A stretch of DNA of 64,000 bases from Eledone cirrhosa (GCA_964016885.1 OZ024740.1:336722001-336786000); one strand, 5' to 3'. Positions 27,079 to 40,420 are shown, counted from the first letter of the stretch. A program made the numbers and translations. Notes: generated by a model not told the origin, from the sequence alone.

Positions 27079-27297
27079 TTAAAAAATTCCTTTATTTCAA
27101 ATGTTTGTCATGGTAGAAGTCTTGTTGGAAGTGAAGTGTTGTGTCTCAGATATTCACTTAACTTTCCTGTCTTCCCACTAATACTTGCTACACACACCTA
27201 AGGAAATAGCCCTGTAAGGTGAAATAGATGATGCAGTGGGTATCACACAGTTATTCCTTATGTCAATGCTTTTACCAGCTTATCTATGGAGTATCAC

Positions 27298-27455
27298 CTG
27301 TGCTGGATTTAGGACAAATGAGGCCCTGTGCTAGTTAAGTTATGAGGCCCCTTACTTGATCATAAAAAAAATGTTTGGCAGGAAGATGGGATCTCCCCTG
27401 GCTAACAGGGCCCTGTGCTTAAGCATACCTAAGTACAATGGTAAATCTGGCACTG
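27298..27455. mobile_element. hAT-type MITE
   Basis: Imperfect TIRs CTGTGCTGGATTTA / TAAATCTGGCACTG flanked by an 8-bp TSD AGTATCAC (27290-27297 and 27456-27463). Confidence 0.8.
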
Positions 27456-27878
27456 AGTATCACTAATATATGCTGTCTAACTGAAGGTGTAGAGAGAGGG
27501 TGCTTTATTTATCTTTGTTCCCTTTTCTCAGGTTATTTTTTTGGTTGTTCTTTTTTGCTATGTATTTTCTGTATGTATTTGGCTGGGAATAAATACACTA
27601 TAACCCTACATGTTGTATGAGGTGACAGAATTTGTTAGCTCCAATAAAGGCATCTGACTGTATAATGGTGCCTTAAAAATTACCCATTGAGGAGTATAAA
27701 GCCTATTTCAGGGTCCACAAAGCCAGGGAAAATAGCCTTAAAATTCTTGTTGTTGTTGTTGTTGTGTATATTTCAAAAACTTAAAGAATAAACAACAATT
27801 TAAAAAATATTTTTCAAATAACTTATATCTGTATCCTAATTCGTTTTTTTTTTTTTTTGGTTCACCAAATCATCAAAG

Positions 27879-28587
27879 CCGCCAAAACATTCGAAATCTG
27901 AGGTGAAACCCAACAAATCTGAAGGGAAATTACTAGCAAGCACTGGTCCAAAAGATAAGAAATTTGAGGAGAAACCTTTAGCAAGCATTAATCCAAACCC
28001 CAAAGAATCCGAAACTGCTATGCTATCATCAAATGTTTCTGGTAATTTGACCCTAGAAAAACATTCATCACCTAAGTCAAACCAACCTATGACAGTGGAG
28101 AAGTCATTTGCTTCAGCTACTTTCATGGAATTTTCTGAAAGTCTAGAAAGATCTTATTCCCAATCTCAACTGATATCTAAAACTTCAGATATATTAGACA
28201 AATCAAGGGGAGAAATTGACTCAACACTGGCTGCAAGCATTGTAAATAGTGCTGACATTGATGCTGATATATCACCTGACAATTTAACACTGACTAATCT
28301 TACTACATCCTTTACACAAGAACACTCTGAGAAAAAATATTCCGCTACAAATGATATTTCTGATGACACACCAAATGTTAATAGTAACGACAGTAATACT
28401 ACAGTTAATACTGGTATTAACACCACAGAAGAGTATGAAGTTGATACAAGAGAAGAGAACAGAAGCAATGAGATAACATCAAATGACACAGAAGACATTG
28501 AATCTACAGCAGACATAACTCCAGCTACCGGAGAAGACACAAACCAACCTATGCCAACAGTTGACTACAATTTATACTACCCTAAAA
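27879..28587 (+). CDS. SQSTM1: SQSTM1/p62-like large S/T/acidic linker exon (phase 0 to 1)
   Basis: Poly-T tract plus AAG acceptor, 709-nt open frame (ORF 27903..28652) ending YNLYYPK (compare the p62 pre-UBA ALYP motif), donor |GTAAAC. Confidence 0.75.
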
Positions 28588-29989
28588 GTAAACATTTCAC
28601 TTTTTACATTTTCTCATATATATTGTTTCATAGATTTCACATGGGAAAGTAAATGTTTTATTCTTAATAAGCTTATTTCTAATCAAATGCAATGTATTTC
28701 AATTAATTAATGAAGAATTTGAAAGGATTTACTAAAAATATTAACTATTTCATTATTAAGGTTGCATGTGTAATATGAAATTATGCAGGAAGATTTTAAT
28801 TCAAATAGGAACCTTTTATAATGGATGGTTTTGCTTCCTAGAATTAGAGATGGTTTGGGGCAAGTTGGTATAAAAAAAAGTTAATATTAAAAATGAACTA
28901 AGGAAATCTTCAGAGTATTCTAAATAATATTTCTTTGATAAACAACACAAAGTGATATAGAGTGTGTATGTGTGATTCAAAGTTCCATCAGTTCCGAGAA
29001 TGAGTGTTCCAGTTGTTTCTGAAATTAGCATACAAGTGGCTGAGCATTCACATGTATACAAATATAGTTCTTAAAGAAATTCAGTGTGACACTGAATTAT
29101 ATGTACAACTCATTTCTCCTAGCTGAGTGGTCTGGAGCAATATGAAATAAAGTGACTTGCTCAAGAACACTGCATTCCACTGGAACTCAAACTCACAAAC
29201 TTACCATCATGAGCTGAAGACCCTAACCACTAACCCACACACCTTCACAATATAGCATAAGCAATAGAAAGAAAAGTGGGGGTAAGTTTAGTCAGGGAAG
29301 GAAGGACTAGACACATGACTTGAGATGTGGTCAACAGAATAAACTCCACTAAAGACACTCATTTGAAACACTAAAGGAGATAAAACATTTAGTATTAATC
29401 CAATGTGTAGTTAAATATATAAGTGAGGGGGGATGAATTTAGTCTTTAGAAGGGACACTGATAACTCCAGACCAAAATATGTGAAGCAGAGTCTCCCTTA
29501 TATTTACCAGATATTAGAATGATAGAGAGGGTAAAAACTTTGAGTCATGAACGTTTACATGTATGTATGCAAAAGTACATGATGATCAACCACAGCCGGC
29601 TCTTGCCTGTGAATGTTTTTATCATGGTTGCCAACTCTGTGCCAGACATTTTAGATCATTGGCTGGGCTAAAAAGCTACATTCGATCGCAGCACCATTAA
29701 TTATTAATATATATGTGTGTATGTATACATATGTATAAGTGTTTGTTTTTTGTTTTTAGTGCAATGGCCATACTCAATAACAAGGGGGCAGCCATCATGT
29801 ATGTATGTATGTACGTATGTAATGTATGTATATATATGTGTGTGTATGTATGTGTATGTATGTATGTATTCATGTATGCAAGCATGCATGTATGTATGTA
29901 TGCATGCATTTATGCAAGTATGTATGTATGTATTGATGTATGTATGTATGCATTTGTGTATCTATGTTTTATATACTTATGTATGCATG

Positions 29990-30122
29990 GGTGGTAAATT
30001 GGCAGAGATGTTAGAAAAGATAGAATGCTTTGCAGTATTCGTTTAGGCTCTCTGTGCTCGGAGTTCAAATCCCACTGAGGTCAACTTTGCTTTTCTTCTT
30101 TTCAAGGTCGATGAAAAAAAAA
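29990..30122 (+). mobile_element. tRNA-derived SINE fragment (41045 family)
   Basis: GGTAAATTGGCAG...GAGTTCAAATCCC...GGTCAACTTTGC...GGTCGAT. Confidence 0.6.
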
Positions 30123-30564
30123 CCTATCTAATATTGAGTCAATTCTTCTTCAACATCTCTTTCTCATTTCCTGTCTATCACTTTCTCTCCTTCTCTAGAA
30201 GAAATCGTGTTCAGACATAGAGAGGAGCTGGGCTTCACCAGGTTCTAAAAAATACTGTATGTCACCTGGGCACTCCTACGACTCCACCACAGGTTACAGG
30301 CCCATATATACATACACATATATGCATGTACATTCAATGCTATTCGATAATTCTGTCTGATCGTTCAAAATAATCTTCTTGTATTTTAAAATCCCATAAT
30401 TCTTCCCGTATTACAGTTATATGCTCGTTCGATTAGGGCCAAAATTTTGTGGATTTTATTTTATAACCTTCTCGCTAACTACCCCCGCCCCACTCACCAC
30501 CATTATTATTTGGACCAATCATAAGTCAGCAGCCTATGTTATCACTTCTTAAGTTTAGACCTGG

Positions 30565-33500
30565 TTGCCTTTCGATATGATGGATGGACTACGGAATTCT
30601 GGAGAGTCTGAAAAATCTGGACACTCAGTGACAATGCCAAAGATAATGACAAATTCACCTCATGCTGCCAGAAGAGAATGCAAGGACTCCTCCTCTTTAT
30701 TTAGGCCGCGGACGGCTAACATAGCCCCATCCCCCTCACCCCTCCCTGCGCCCTGTCCTTCCCACCCACCAAACGCAATCCAAAACTTCAGAGTTGGCAC
30801 CATGAATGTAGGTACCTTAAAAGGTCGCTCTAACGAGGTTGTAGAGATGCTTGAACGTAAGGAGATTGATGTTTGCTGTATTCAAGAGACCAGGTGGAGG
30901 GGTGGGTCTGCTAGATTCATTGTGGGTAAAAAACGATGCTATAAGCTTTTCTGGGTGGGAAATGACAATGGGCTGGGTGGAGTAGGAATCATGGTAGCAG
31001 AAAAGTGGGCAGATAAGATAATAGATGTAAATAGAGTGAACAACAGAATAATTAAAATAAGACTTGTCCTCAATAGAACTACTGACAATAATATCTGCTT
31101 ATGCACCCCAACCCGGACTGCCTGGCATTATAAAAGACAGATTCTATGAGTCGTTAATGCTCATTACCTCCCAAATAACTGACAGTGACTATATAATTAT
31201 TGCTGGTGACCTAAATGGTCACATTGGACAACACTGTGACGACTATGACGGAATCCATGGAGGCTATGGGTTTGGTACTAGAAATGAGGAAGGCTCCAGA
31301 TACCTGGAATTCTGTGACGCAAATAATCTAACTATCTGTCCCCTTCTTTTGTGCCCCTGTGGCTAATAAAGAAACATATCTGTAACACAAACTTCAAAAA
31401 ACGAGACAATCACTTGATCACCTATAGATTAGGGGAACATGCCAGTCAGATAGATTATATCCTTACCAGAAGACGAGACAGAGTGTCTGTTGTAAACACT
31501 AAATCCCTCCCCCATGAAGAATGCACCTCCCAACATAGCCTCATAGTTAACGACCTCATAGTCAGGACGAGACGTATTCGACAACAGAGGAGGACTATCC
31601 TTAGGAGAAAAATATGGAAGTTAAATGACCCCACAGCCAGTAATAAATTTAAAAGCATATTACTTGATGCTTTTGACAGTAAGGAAGAGCAATTAGAGTC
31701 GTACAATATAGAGGAACAGTGGGAATTCCTGAAAGCTAACCTGCTGAAGGTGACAGATGAAATCTGTGGCTGGAGCAGACCTATAGGCAAGAGGAGAGTA
31801 ACTTGGTGGTAGAACAGTAAGGTGGAGGAGTCGATCAAGGCCAAAAAGCAGGCTTGGAAAGTATGGCGGGATGGGAGAAGTAGAGAAGACTATCAAGTGG
31901 CTAGGAGACAAGTGTACTTTGCAAGAGGGGAAGCAGAGGAAAGAAAATTCAAGCATGTTCTACAACACAAGGACCAAAAACGTGAGGTGTTCAGGATTGC
32001 TAGACAATGTGTCAAGGAGAACCGTGATATTGTCGGGGAGAAGTGTGTCCATAATGATGATGGTGTACTTGCCATCACTGACGCTGATAAGAAGGTAGCT
32101 TGGAAGTGTCACTACGAAAGGCTACTAAATTAGGAGAATAAATGGGAGAAAGACAGCCTCCCCCACATCGATCCAATAGAGGGACCAACAGTGCAAGTTG
32201 AAGGTAGTATAATAAGTAAGGCAATCAAAGATATGAAGATGGTCAAGGCGGCTGGGCCTTCGGAAATAGTTGCTGAAATGCTGAAAGCATCTGGAACGGT
32301 AGGACACACTATGGTCACCCGAATAGTAAACCAAGTTATACAGAATGGAGTCGTACCAAAGGACTGGTGTAGCAGCATCATCATTAACTGCTACAAGGGT
32401 AAAGGAGACGCCCTAGATAGGGGAAACTATAGAGGCATTAAATTAATTGACAAGGTCATGAAGGTCACAGAAAGAGTTATAGCGCAACTAATCAGAGAGC
32501 GAATTGATCTAGATGAAATGCAGTTCAGGTTTGTGTCAGGTAAAAGTACCACAGACGCTCTTTTCATTGTACAACAACTACAGGAGAAGTACCTAGCTAA
32601 AAGTAAACCCCTCTACTTAGCTTTTGTAGACCTGGAGAAAGCCTTTGACAGAGTCCCCGTTCCATTATCTGGTGGCCTCTTAGAAAACTAGGTGTAGATG
32701 AATGGCTTGTGAGAGCTATACAAGCCATGTATAAAGAAACAGTCAGCAAGGTTAGAATTAACAACGAATATAGTGAAGAGTTTAGCGTAAAAGTTGGTGT
32801 TCATCAGGGCTCTGTCCTTAGCCCCCTCCTATTTATTATCACCCTCCAAGCTATAACGGAGGAGTTCAAGACCAGCTGCCCATGGCAACTTCTATATGCA
32901 GATGATCTAACACTCATAGCCGAATCAATGGCTGAACTAGAGAAGAAATTCCAAACATGGAAGCATGGCCTAGAATCAAAAGGCCTTAAAGTTAACTTGT
33001 CTAAGACTAAAGTCCTAATATGTAGGAAGCAGAATAGGGCACTGGTCCCATCTTGGAAATGGCCATGCTCAGTGTGTAGGAAAGGAGTAGGCAGAAACTC
33101 CATTTTATGTCCCAAATGCAAAGTATGGGTACATAAAAGATGTACTGGGATCACAGGTAAGCTAACTAAGAATATAGATTTTATATGTGGCCGGTGCTCT
33201 GGTGCAATAAGTAGCAGCAAATGCCCACAGAATACTAACTCATTCCATTGCCCAGATGGTTCTATAGAAATAGTGGACACCTTCCGTTACCTGGGTGACA
33301 AAATCAGCAGTGGTGGCGGGTGCTCTGAAAGTACTGTAGCTAGAGTCCGAACGGGATGGAAAAAGTTCAGAGAGCTTATACCACTATTGGTCACTAAAGG
33401 TTTCTCTCTAAAAATAAAAGGCAGGCTGCATGATGCCTGCATACGAACAGCGATGTTACATGGCAGTGCGACATGGGCATTGTGTGCAGAGGACCTACGC

Positions 33501-33995
33501 AGACTGGAGAGGAACGAAGCTTGCATGCTCCGCTGGATGTGTAATAGTAATATACGTGAACGCCAAAGCATAAATGAACTAAGTGAGAAATTAGGAATTA
33601 GAGGAATCAGATGCTGTTTTCTCGAGAGAAGACTACGTTGGTATGGTCACGTGATGCGCATGAAAGATGACAGCTGTATAAAAAAAATGCAGGGCGATCA
33701 AAATAGACAGTAGCTACGGAGTAAGCAGACCCAGAAAAACCTGGGATGACTTGATAAAATCCGACCTCACACACTTACACCTCTCCAAGACAATGTCACT
33801 GGACCGAGATCTTTGGCGCTACATAGTAATACAGAAGACCCGCCTTGCCTAAGTACAAAGCGAAACCTACAGTCAGTAGGCACCTTTTAACCAAAATACA
33901 CTCCCCTCCCACTAACCCTACCCCCACCGCCATCTACACCACACCTTTCGATGTAAAGCTATGTTGGTACCACAACATCCAGTCCTAAATAAACG
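30565..33995 (+). mobile_element. Near full-length RTE-clade LINE (APE endonuclease plus RT), inactivated by stops and frameshifts; 3' UTR cut off at the Chapaev3-like remnant
   Basis: GTMNVGTL...CCIQETRW, SAYAPQ, AGDLNGHIG, SQIDYIL, then an RT closely similar to 17654..19315, split over at least six ORFs. Confidence 0.95.
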
Positions 33996-34901
33996 AGGAC
34001 TTTCACACTGTAGTAATCTTCCTTTAGGCAGATTGAATGAACTAGGGGCAGTGTCGGGAACTTGTTTCCATTGTGGACGAGGACAACCTTCAAACTTGTG
34101 GTGGAGCTGTCTATAAATAGCCGCCACTCCTTGGACGCAAACGGCACCCAATAACGTCAAACAGTCCAGACACGTCATGGCAAAAGCAAAGGCCATCCCT
34201 AAGCCTGAGAAAGGTTTGTGTCGACTTCTCTGACTTGCCACCTGCACTTCCTCCTTGACCAAGTTCCACTGCTTCATCCTGGAGAATGAATACATCCGTA
34301 TTGGACTTGGTCAGACCCATATCCCTGACCAAGTCATTGACTTCTTTTTGGTTTGGGAAGTGAGGAACTTTTTTGGTACCTCAGGCAGGTAATCCAAGTC
34401 CTCAGCATCCATCTCCACCTCTTCATCAGAAATGGAAAATAAATTTGATATGCAATACAAAATAAATATTGGAAAGGGAAATACATATTTAAATAATATA
34501 AAAGAACACTAATCATACTAATGAAAATTCGTGCTTAAAACACAACTTACCCTTTATTCAGGGTGCGAAAATCCAGTATCAATAAATCTCTTTAATCCAC
34601 TTTTTAACAATTTTATACTTTATTGCACTTTTATAATTTTCTTTAGGTATTACTCTTCATTTTATAATTTTAATTTAACCTGAAACATATATAAAAAAAA
34701 ATCATTTAACATAAACAAATTAAACTTACATACAACGTAAAATCCAGCATACAAATAATTTTAGTGAATTGCTTAGAATTTTTACAAACCCAAACTTTTA
34801 ACTGTTTAATAGCACTTTTTTTATTTATTTGGGACCTAAGCAACACAATAAAAGTGATTACAAGCCAGGAACAGAGAAAAAAATCTTTTTGTTACACGGT
34901 G
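33996..34901 (-). mobile_element. Chapaev3 (CMC superfamily)-like DNA transposon remnant
   Basis: Fragments VRDMGLTKS and EWRLFIDSSTTSLKVVLVHNGNKFPTLPLVHSICLKEDY; minus-strand terminus CACCGTGTAACAAAAA next to a TAA triplet at 34902-34904. Family assigned from recalled motifs. Confidence 0.65.
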
Positions 34902-35194
34902 TAATCTAAGCCTACTAGTTTAATATAACTCTGTTCTTAATGCTTGAATGTGTTGATCAATGCAAATGTAAATTACATAGGACTACCCAGGGGGCATAAC
35001 TCCTTGTTAAAAGGTGTTGAAGTGGAAGTTTGACCCTCATACCCACCTAAGAGGGTATGTGTTTAATTCATCTTTTAAAAAGGAATTAATTTAAAAATTA
35101 TAAAAATTCTGATTTCATGTTTATTTAAAGGTATTCAAACATTTTCCACTAATAATAATTCCTATTATTTCACCTATATACTCAGAGGATCATC

Positions 35195-35247
35195 AGTCTT
35201 GTCTGATGATTGTGAAAGTAGACGGGAAACTCTGAAGTAACAAGATT
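35195..35247 (+). ncRNA. Type I hammerhead ribozyme motif
   Basis: AGTCTTGT-CTGATGA-TTGT(GAAAGTAG)ACGG-GAA-ACT(CTGA)AGT-A-ACAAGATT: 8-bp stem I, intact core, wobble-weakened stem II, GUA site. Confidence 0.75.
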
Positions 35248-35304
35248 CATCATTTAGCCATAGAAAAGAGTATATATAAATATATATTTATATATACTCC
35301 AAAT

Positions 35305-36513
35305 AAATTCCAAACCTGGAAGCAGGGACTAGAGAGAAAGGGCCTCAAAGTCAACATGACAAAGACTAAGGTCCTTATAAGTAGACGAGAAAACAGAACC
35401 CAGATCCCCTCAGGGAAATGGCCTTGCTCAGTATGTAGGAAAGGTGTAGGTAGGAACTCCATTCTCTGCCCCAAATGCAAACAATGGGTACACAAGAGAT
35501 GTAGCGGGATCTCAGGAAGCTTAATTAAGAATGTAGGATTCACATGCAGCAGCTGTGCTGAAACAGCAAGCAAACAGCCACAGGAAACAAGTACCACCAA
35601 TCTCTGGGAGGGCCCTGTAGAAACAGTAGACAGCTTCTGCTACCTAGGTGACCGAATTAGCAACGGAGGTGGGTGCTCAGAAAGTACAATAACTAGGGTA
35701 AGAACGGGATGGAAGAAGTTTAGGGAACTACTACCACTGCTAGCTGCAAAAGGCTTCTCCCTCAGAATGAAAGGCAGACTGTATGATGCGTGTATCCGAA
35801 CAGCGATGTTGCATGGTAGTGAGACCTGGGCGCTGAAGGTGGAAGACTTACGTAGATTAGAGAGAAACGAAGCCTGCATGCTCCGATGGATGTGTAACAG
35901 TAATATACGTGAACGACAAAGCATAAAGGAATTGAGAGAGAGACTGAGCATAAGAGGAATCAAATGCTGCGTGCAGGAGAGGCGGTTACGCTGGTATGGA
36001 CATGTGATGCGTATGAAGGATGACAGCTGCATAAAAAGGTGCAGAGCACTAGAAGTTGATGGAAACCGCGGAGTGGGGAGACCCAAGATGACTTGGGATG
36101 AGGTGATAAAAGCCGACCTTACCCAACTACACCTCTCAAAGTCAATGACACACGACCGTGACTTCTGGTGTTACGCAGTAATACAGGGTACCCGACCTCC
36201 CATGGGTACATGCTGAAGCATATAAACAATATGCCCCCACTCCCCCCACCGCAAGGTGGTCGTGGAGGTGCCACGGCAAAAAAGCACCCAGCCCACACTG
36301 TAAAGTGGACGTGTAGGCGCCACGAAAAAGCACCCAGCACTCACTGTAAATGAGGTTGGTGTTAGGAAGGGCATCCAGCTGTAGAAATCAAGCCAGATCA
36401 GTTCCTGTATGAGCAAGGCATGGTCAGCCGACCAGACACTGCCCACAACAGGACAACCCGTCTAACCCATGCTAGCGTGGAAGAACGGACGTAAAACGGT
36501 GATGATGATGATG
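35305..36513 (+). mobile_element. RTE LINE subfamily B, 5'-truncated, (GAT)n tail
   Basis: ORF 35356..36216 is homologous to the C-terminal half of subfamily A but has a different 3' UTR. Confidence 0.92.
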
Positions 36514-36625
36514 ATATGTATATATATGATGAGGCACTGCCTTAATTTAGACAATTATATTGACCCCAGTACTTGTTTTTCAAGTAAGGTACTTATTTTA
36601 TCGATCCTATCTTTATTGAACTGCT

Positions 36626-36663
<38 letters not shown>

Positions 36664-36666
<3 letters not shown>

Positions 36667-37968
36667 GGTGTGGACGATATTTGTTCGCAATTTTCAACTG
36701 CTAATTTTATGCAAATTTTTTTTACTTCCGTTGTCACTCTTGTCTTCATAAAAACAGTGACTATATTTCCATTATTTATTTTCAGAATAATTGATTATAA
36801 ATAATTTTGAACCTACAAATTTGTGGAAGAGACACGGAGTTCTTGGAATCCACGCCGGGAGGACAAATAAGGAAATTTCAGACTTTCTAAGCGTCAGCAG
36901 GAGAATGGTGGAAAAGGTCAGAAAGGAATTGGAAGATTCAGGATTTGACTACGAAGCAACATCAGAGAGGAAAACACATGATCGAGGATCTGACGCCTTC
37001 AGAATGTCCGAGTTCGTCGCTGAAGTTCAGGATATCATCAACAATGAACCTAGCAAGTCGATGCGTGCCATTGCAAGGGAGAAAGGCGTGGGTGAAAAGC
37101 TCATTAGGCTGGTGGTACATGAAGACATTCGCTATGTTTCATACAAGATGAGGAAAGAACAATTTCTGTCAAAGGCGATGCAAGAAAAGCGACTGAAGCA
37201 CACAAAGAAGCTGATCAACAAGTTGAAACACCCACTGGAGCCAGACATGCTGTGGTTTTTCTCCGACGAGAAAAACTTCTGCTAAGACCAGAAGATCAAC
37301 TCCCAGAACAACAGGTGGCTCGCTGTCTCATCCAAAGACGTGCCCAGAGTCATGCAGTCAAAGTTTCCAGCGACAACATTGGTCTTAGGTGTCGTCAGCA
37401 GTCAAAATGACGTCATGCCACCTCACTTCTTCCCTGAGGGCCTCAAGCTGAACACCGATGGCTACATCCGCGTTCTGAGCGAGGTAGTAAAGCCCTGGAT
37501 TGACCAGGTAGCTGCAGGTAGGCCGTACTTGTGGCAGCAAGACTCAGCGCCCTGCCATACCAGCCGAAAGACCCAAGCCTGGCTGTCAGAGAACTTCGTC
37601 GACCACACTTCACCTGACATCTGGCCTCCCAACTCGCCTGACTGAAACCCCCCTTGACTTCTTTGTGTGGGGCGCAGTGGAACGAGACACCAACAAATCT
37701 AGCTGCAATACGTAAGACGATCTGAAGGCCAGGATCACAAGTGCCTTTAGAGGCCTAAGTTGGGGGACAGTGACGAAGGCCTGTAGCCAGTTCCGAGATC
37801 GCCTTGAGGCCGTCATCAAAGCCAATGGCGGGTTTATCGAGTGATATCGAAAGAACAAGTCATGAAGACAAACTGACCCAAGTTTGATAAATATATCTTA
37901 AAAAATAAAACTACTGTGTTATTTTTTCCTAGACAGTAATCTTGCAAACAAATATCGTCCGCACCCTG
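36664..37968 (+). mobile_element. Tc1/mariner DD37D (maT-type) transposon, full length, defective transposase
   Basis: 27-bp TIRs CAGGGTGTGGACGATATTTGTTCGCAA / TTGCAAACAAATATCGTCCGCACCCTG, TA TSD inside (TA)n; FSDEKNF, WQQDSAPCH, WPPNSPDxNPLD with 37 residues between the second and third D after correcting a +1 frameshift; stops at 37283 and 37643. Confidence 0.92.
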
Positions 37969-38129
37969 TATATATATATATATTAGTTTTGCGAGGTTTT
38001 TTATATGAAATCGTGTGTCGAAACAAATATTGTTCTATATATATATATGTATGTATGTAAAAGATAAACAGAAATAACAACACAATTGATACAATGCTTT
38101 GCGTATAGAATTTGGTAGATGGAAACTGC

Positions 38130-38615
38130 AAAATAATGAAAATTGTGTACAGTGCTCAGGTGCACTACAACTCATCAAGGGTGCATGTATAGTACATAGA
38201 ATAATGTACAAATGTCAGGAAAGTGAACAGTGTCATGATATACACACACATGCATGTGTATGGAGGGGGATATCAGGTGTATTGTTGGCGAATTTTGGGA
38301 AGCATGGAAGTTTTGAAGGCTGCAGTGTCCCGACAGCTAACAACTGATGCAGGTAGTTTGTTCCATGCTTCACCAACTCTGAGTATGAAAAAATGTTTCC
38401 AAAAGTCATGGGAGCTGTACTGCATTCTGATTTTGCAGACATGCTCACACGTGTTAGACACATGGAATTCAAAAAGGTGCTCAGGGTTGTTGTTGGCAAG
38501 ATGGTTAATAATTTTGTGGGTGTTTACCAAGTCAGTTCCAGACGTCAGAGCTTCAATGTATCCATGCCCAGTGAAGCAAGGCATTCAGAGTATGGTAGAT
38601 GCCTGATGGAGGGTA
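38130..38615 (-). mobile_element. CR1 LINE 3' fragment, same family as 22186-23075
   Basis: Direct similarity; LRVGEAWNKLPASVVSCRD. Confidence 0.9.
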
Positions 38616-38747
38616 CTTAAGACAGACTTTCTCAGTTTCCATCTACCAAATTCCACTTACAAAGCATTGGTCAACCCAACACTACAGGAGAAGACACTTG
38701 CACAAAGTGCTTCCCAGTCTGACTGAACCTGATGCAATCTCCTTAAC

Positions 38748-38830
<83 letters not shown>

Positions 38831-39247
38831 GTGTGATGATGTTGTTGTATATATAATATCAACGCTTACATGGACCTCTCAAAATTCATTGGATTTTCAC
38901 CCCGAAACTGGATACCAGCCCAGAGTACATCTGAACTTCCACCAGGAAATCTTTCATATCATTGAAATTTCTTTGCTTCTTACATTTAATATTCCACAAC
39001 TCTCTACCACTTTTCCTCTACTACAATCTTCTTACACCACCTTCTTCTTCTCACCCGTCTATTTTTCACTCCCACCCTTGTACCTTCAATATGTCCAATC
39101 TCAAATCTTTATCCGCCAGCTCCATTCTATTCTCAAACGCTTCCTCCATCCTCTCCCCGCTATATGCATCCAATCCTATGAATGGACCTGTTATTTTTAT
39201 CAATTCCAACCCGCCCGTCCCCTCAGCCTATCTTATTTTTCATTCTT

Positions 39248-39283
39248 TCTTCTGATGAAGGACTAGCGTCCGAAACGTTAAGA
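39248..39283 (+). ncRNA. Minimal type I hammerhead ribozyme of the Penelope type
   Basis: TCTT-CTGATGA-A-GGAC(TAGC)GTCC-GAA-ACGT-T-AAGA: 4-bp stem I, 4-bp stem II, loop-less palindromic stem III (ACGT), GUU site. Confidence 0.8.
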
Positions 39284-39916
39284 CCCTCTTCCTGTTATAT
39301 CAAGTGTTAACCTAATATATCCCTTCCATATTCTGTACCGATTGTGGTTTTATTTCTGTGTACCTTTTACATACATATATATATAAAATTGTAGGACTTC
39401 CCATGACAATAAATATATATTCTCTACATATTGGAATTATTAATATATTTGGTCTCTGTTGCTCTTGACATGATGGTGATGATTATATAAATATTATATT
39501 ATATATATATATAAAGAGCAACAGAGACAAAATATATTAATAATTCCAATATGTAGAGAATATATATTTATTGTCATGGGAAGCCCTACAATTTTTTTTT
39601 TTTTTTATTCCATGTAAATCAACATAGTGCCACCATTAATCACAATTTTTGTATTAGCAAAATTTTCAAGTAACAAAGAGTGGCCTCGTGATTATCTCCC
39701 TTGGAGCGAAAGTATAATTCTCTATAGCTTCACACACAAGATGTTGGCACACTTATTTCGTTCTTATTCCTTTCTTCTTTTACTCTACTTATATATATAA
39801 ATATAAATATATATGTGTGTAAAAGGTAAACAGAAATAACAACACAATCGGTACAGTATAGGGAAGGAATATATTAAGTTAACGCTTGAAATAGCAAGAA
39901 GAGGGTCTTAACATTT
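39273..39916. repeat. Nested inverted repeats: outer arms 39273-39372 / 39818-39916, inner arms about 39385-39466 / 39514-39594
   Basis: The outer arm begins at the hammerhead (AAACGTTAAGACCCTCTTC versus GAAGAGGGTCTTAACATTT); the inner arms are near-perfect complements. Confidence 0.85.
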
Positions 39917-40119
39917 ATGAAAGTTGAGAACATCGTACGTGTGGTGGATATGTGCCCCCAAATTGTAAAACATTGATCCCTTTATCAGTCTGAGAGGCCC
40001 TGAAAAAGGTCGTGGGTACTGTCATCCCCTCGTTGAAATAACAGTATTTAAAAAGTGATAATAGTGAAATATGTTTAGTCTTAAGTTGATTCAAAACATC
40101 TCTTCTGAATTTGTTTCAG

Positions 40120-40295
40120 TTCGCCGGTATGCAGAGGCATTGGATAATTTGCTGAGTATGGGTTTCTCCAATGAAGGTGGCTGGCTTTCAATACTGGTAG
40201 AAGAAAAGCGAGGAGATATCATCCGTGTCCTGGACTTTATTGAAAACAACATCCAAAAGTGTAAAGAAAATGAGCAAGCCAAAACAAGGCGTTAA
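40120..40295 (+). CDS. SQSTM1: SQSTM1/p62-like terminal UBA exon
   Basis: Acceptor TTTGTTTCAG|, phase 1; EALDNLLSMGFSNEGGWLSILVEEKRGDIIRVLD matches the p62 UBA signature (LSMGFSDEGGWL); stop TAA at 40293-40295. Confidence 0.92.
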
Positions 40296-40420
40296 GATTA
40301 TTTATATCACAACCATGCTTGCATTTATGGTAAAGGAATGAGCCCAAACAAGGTGCTGAGATTATCGATATCATGAACTACTGACTAATGTCTATTAACA
40401 ACTCTTTAGCCAACAAACAA

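Noticed and set aside
30180-30620. HDV-like ribozyme at the 5' end of the long RTE
   Set aside because: Plausible for the clade, but I could not identify the nested double-pseudoknot pairings by eye.
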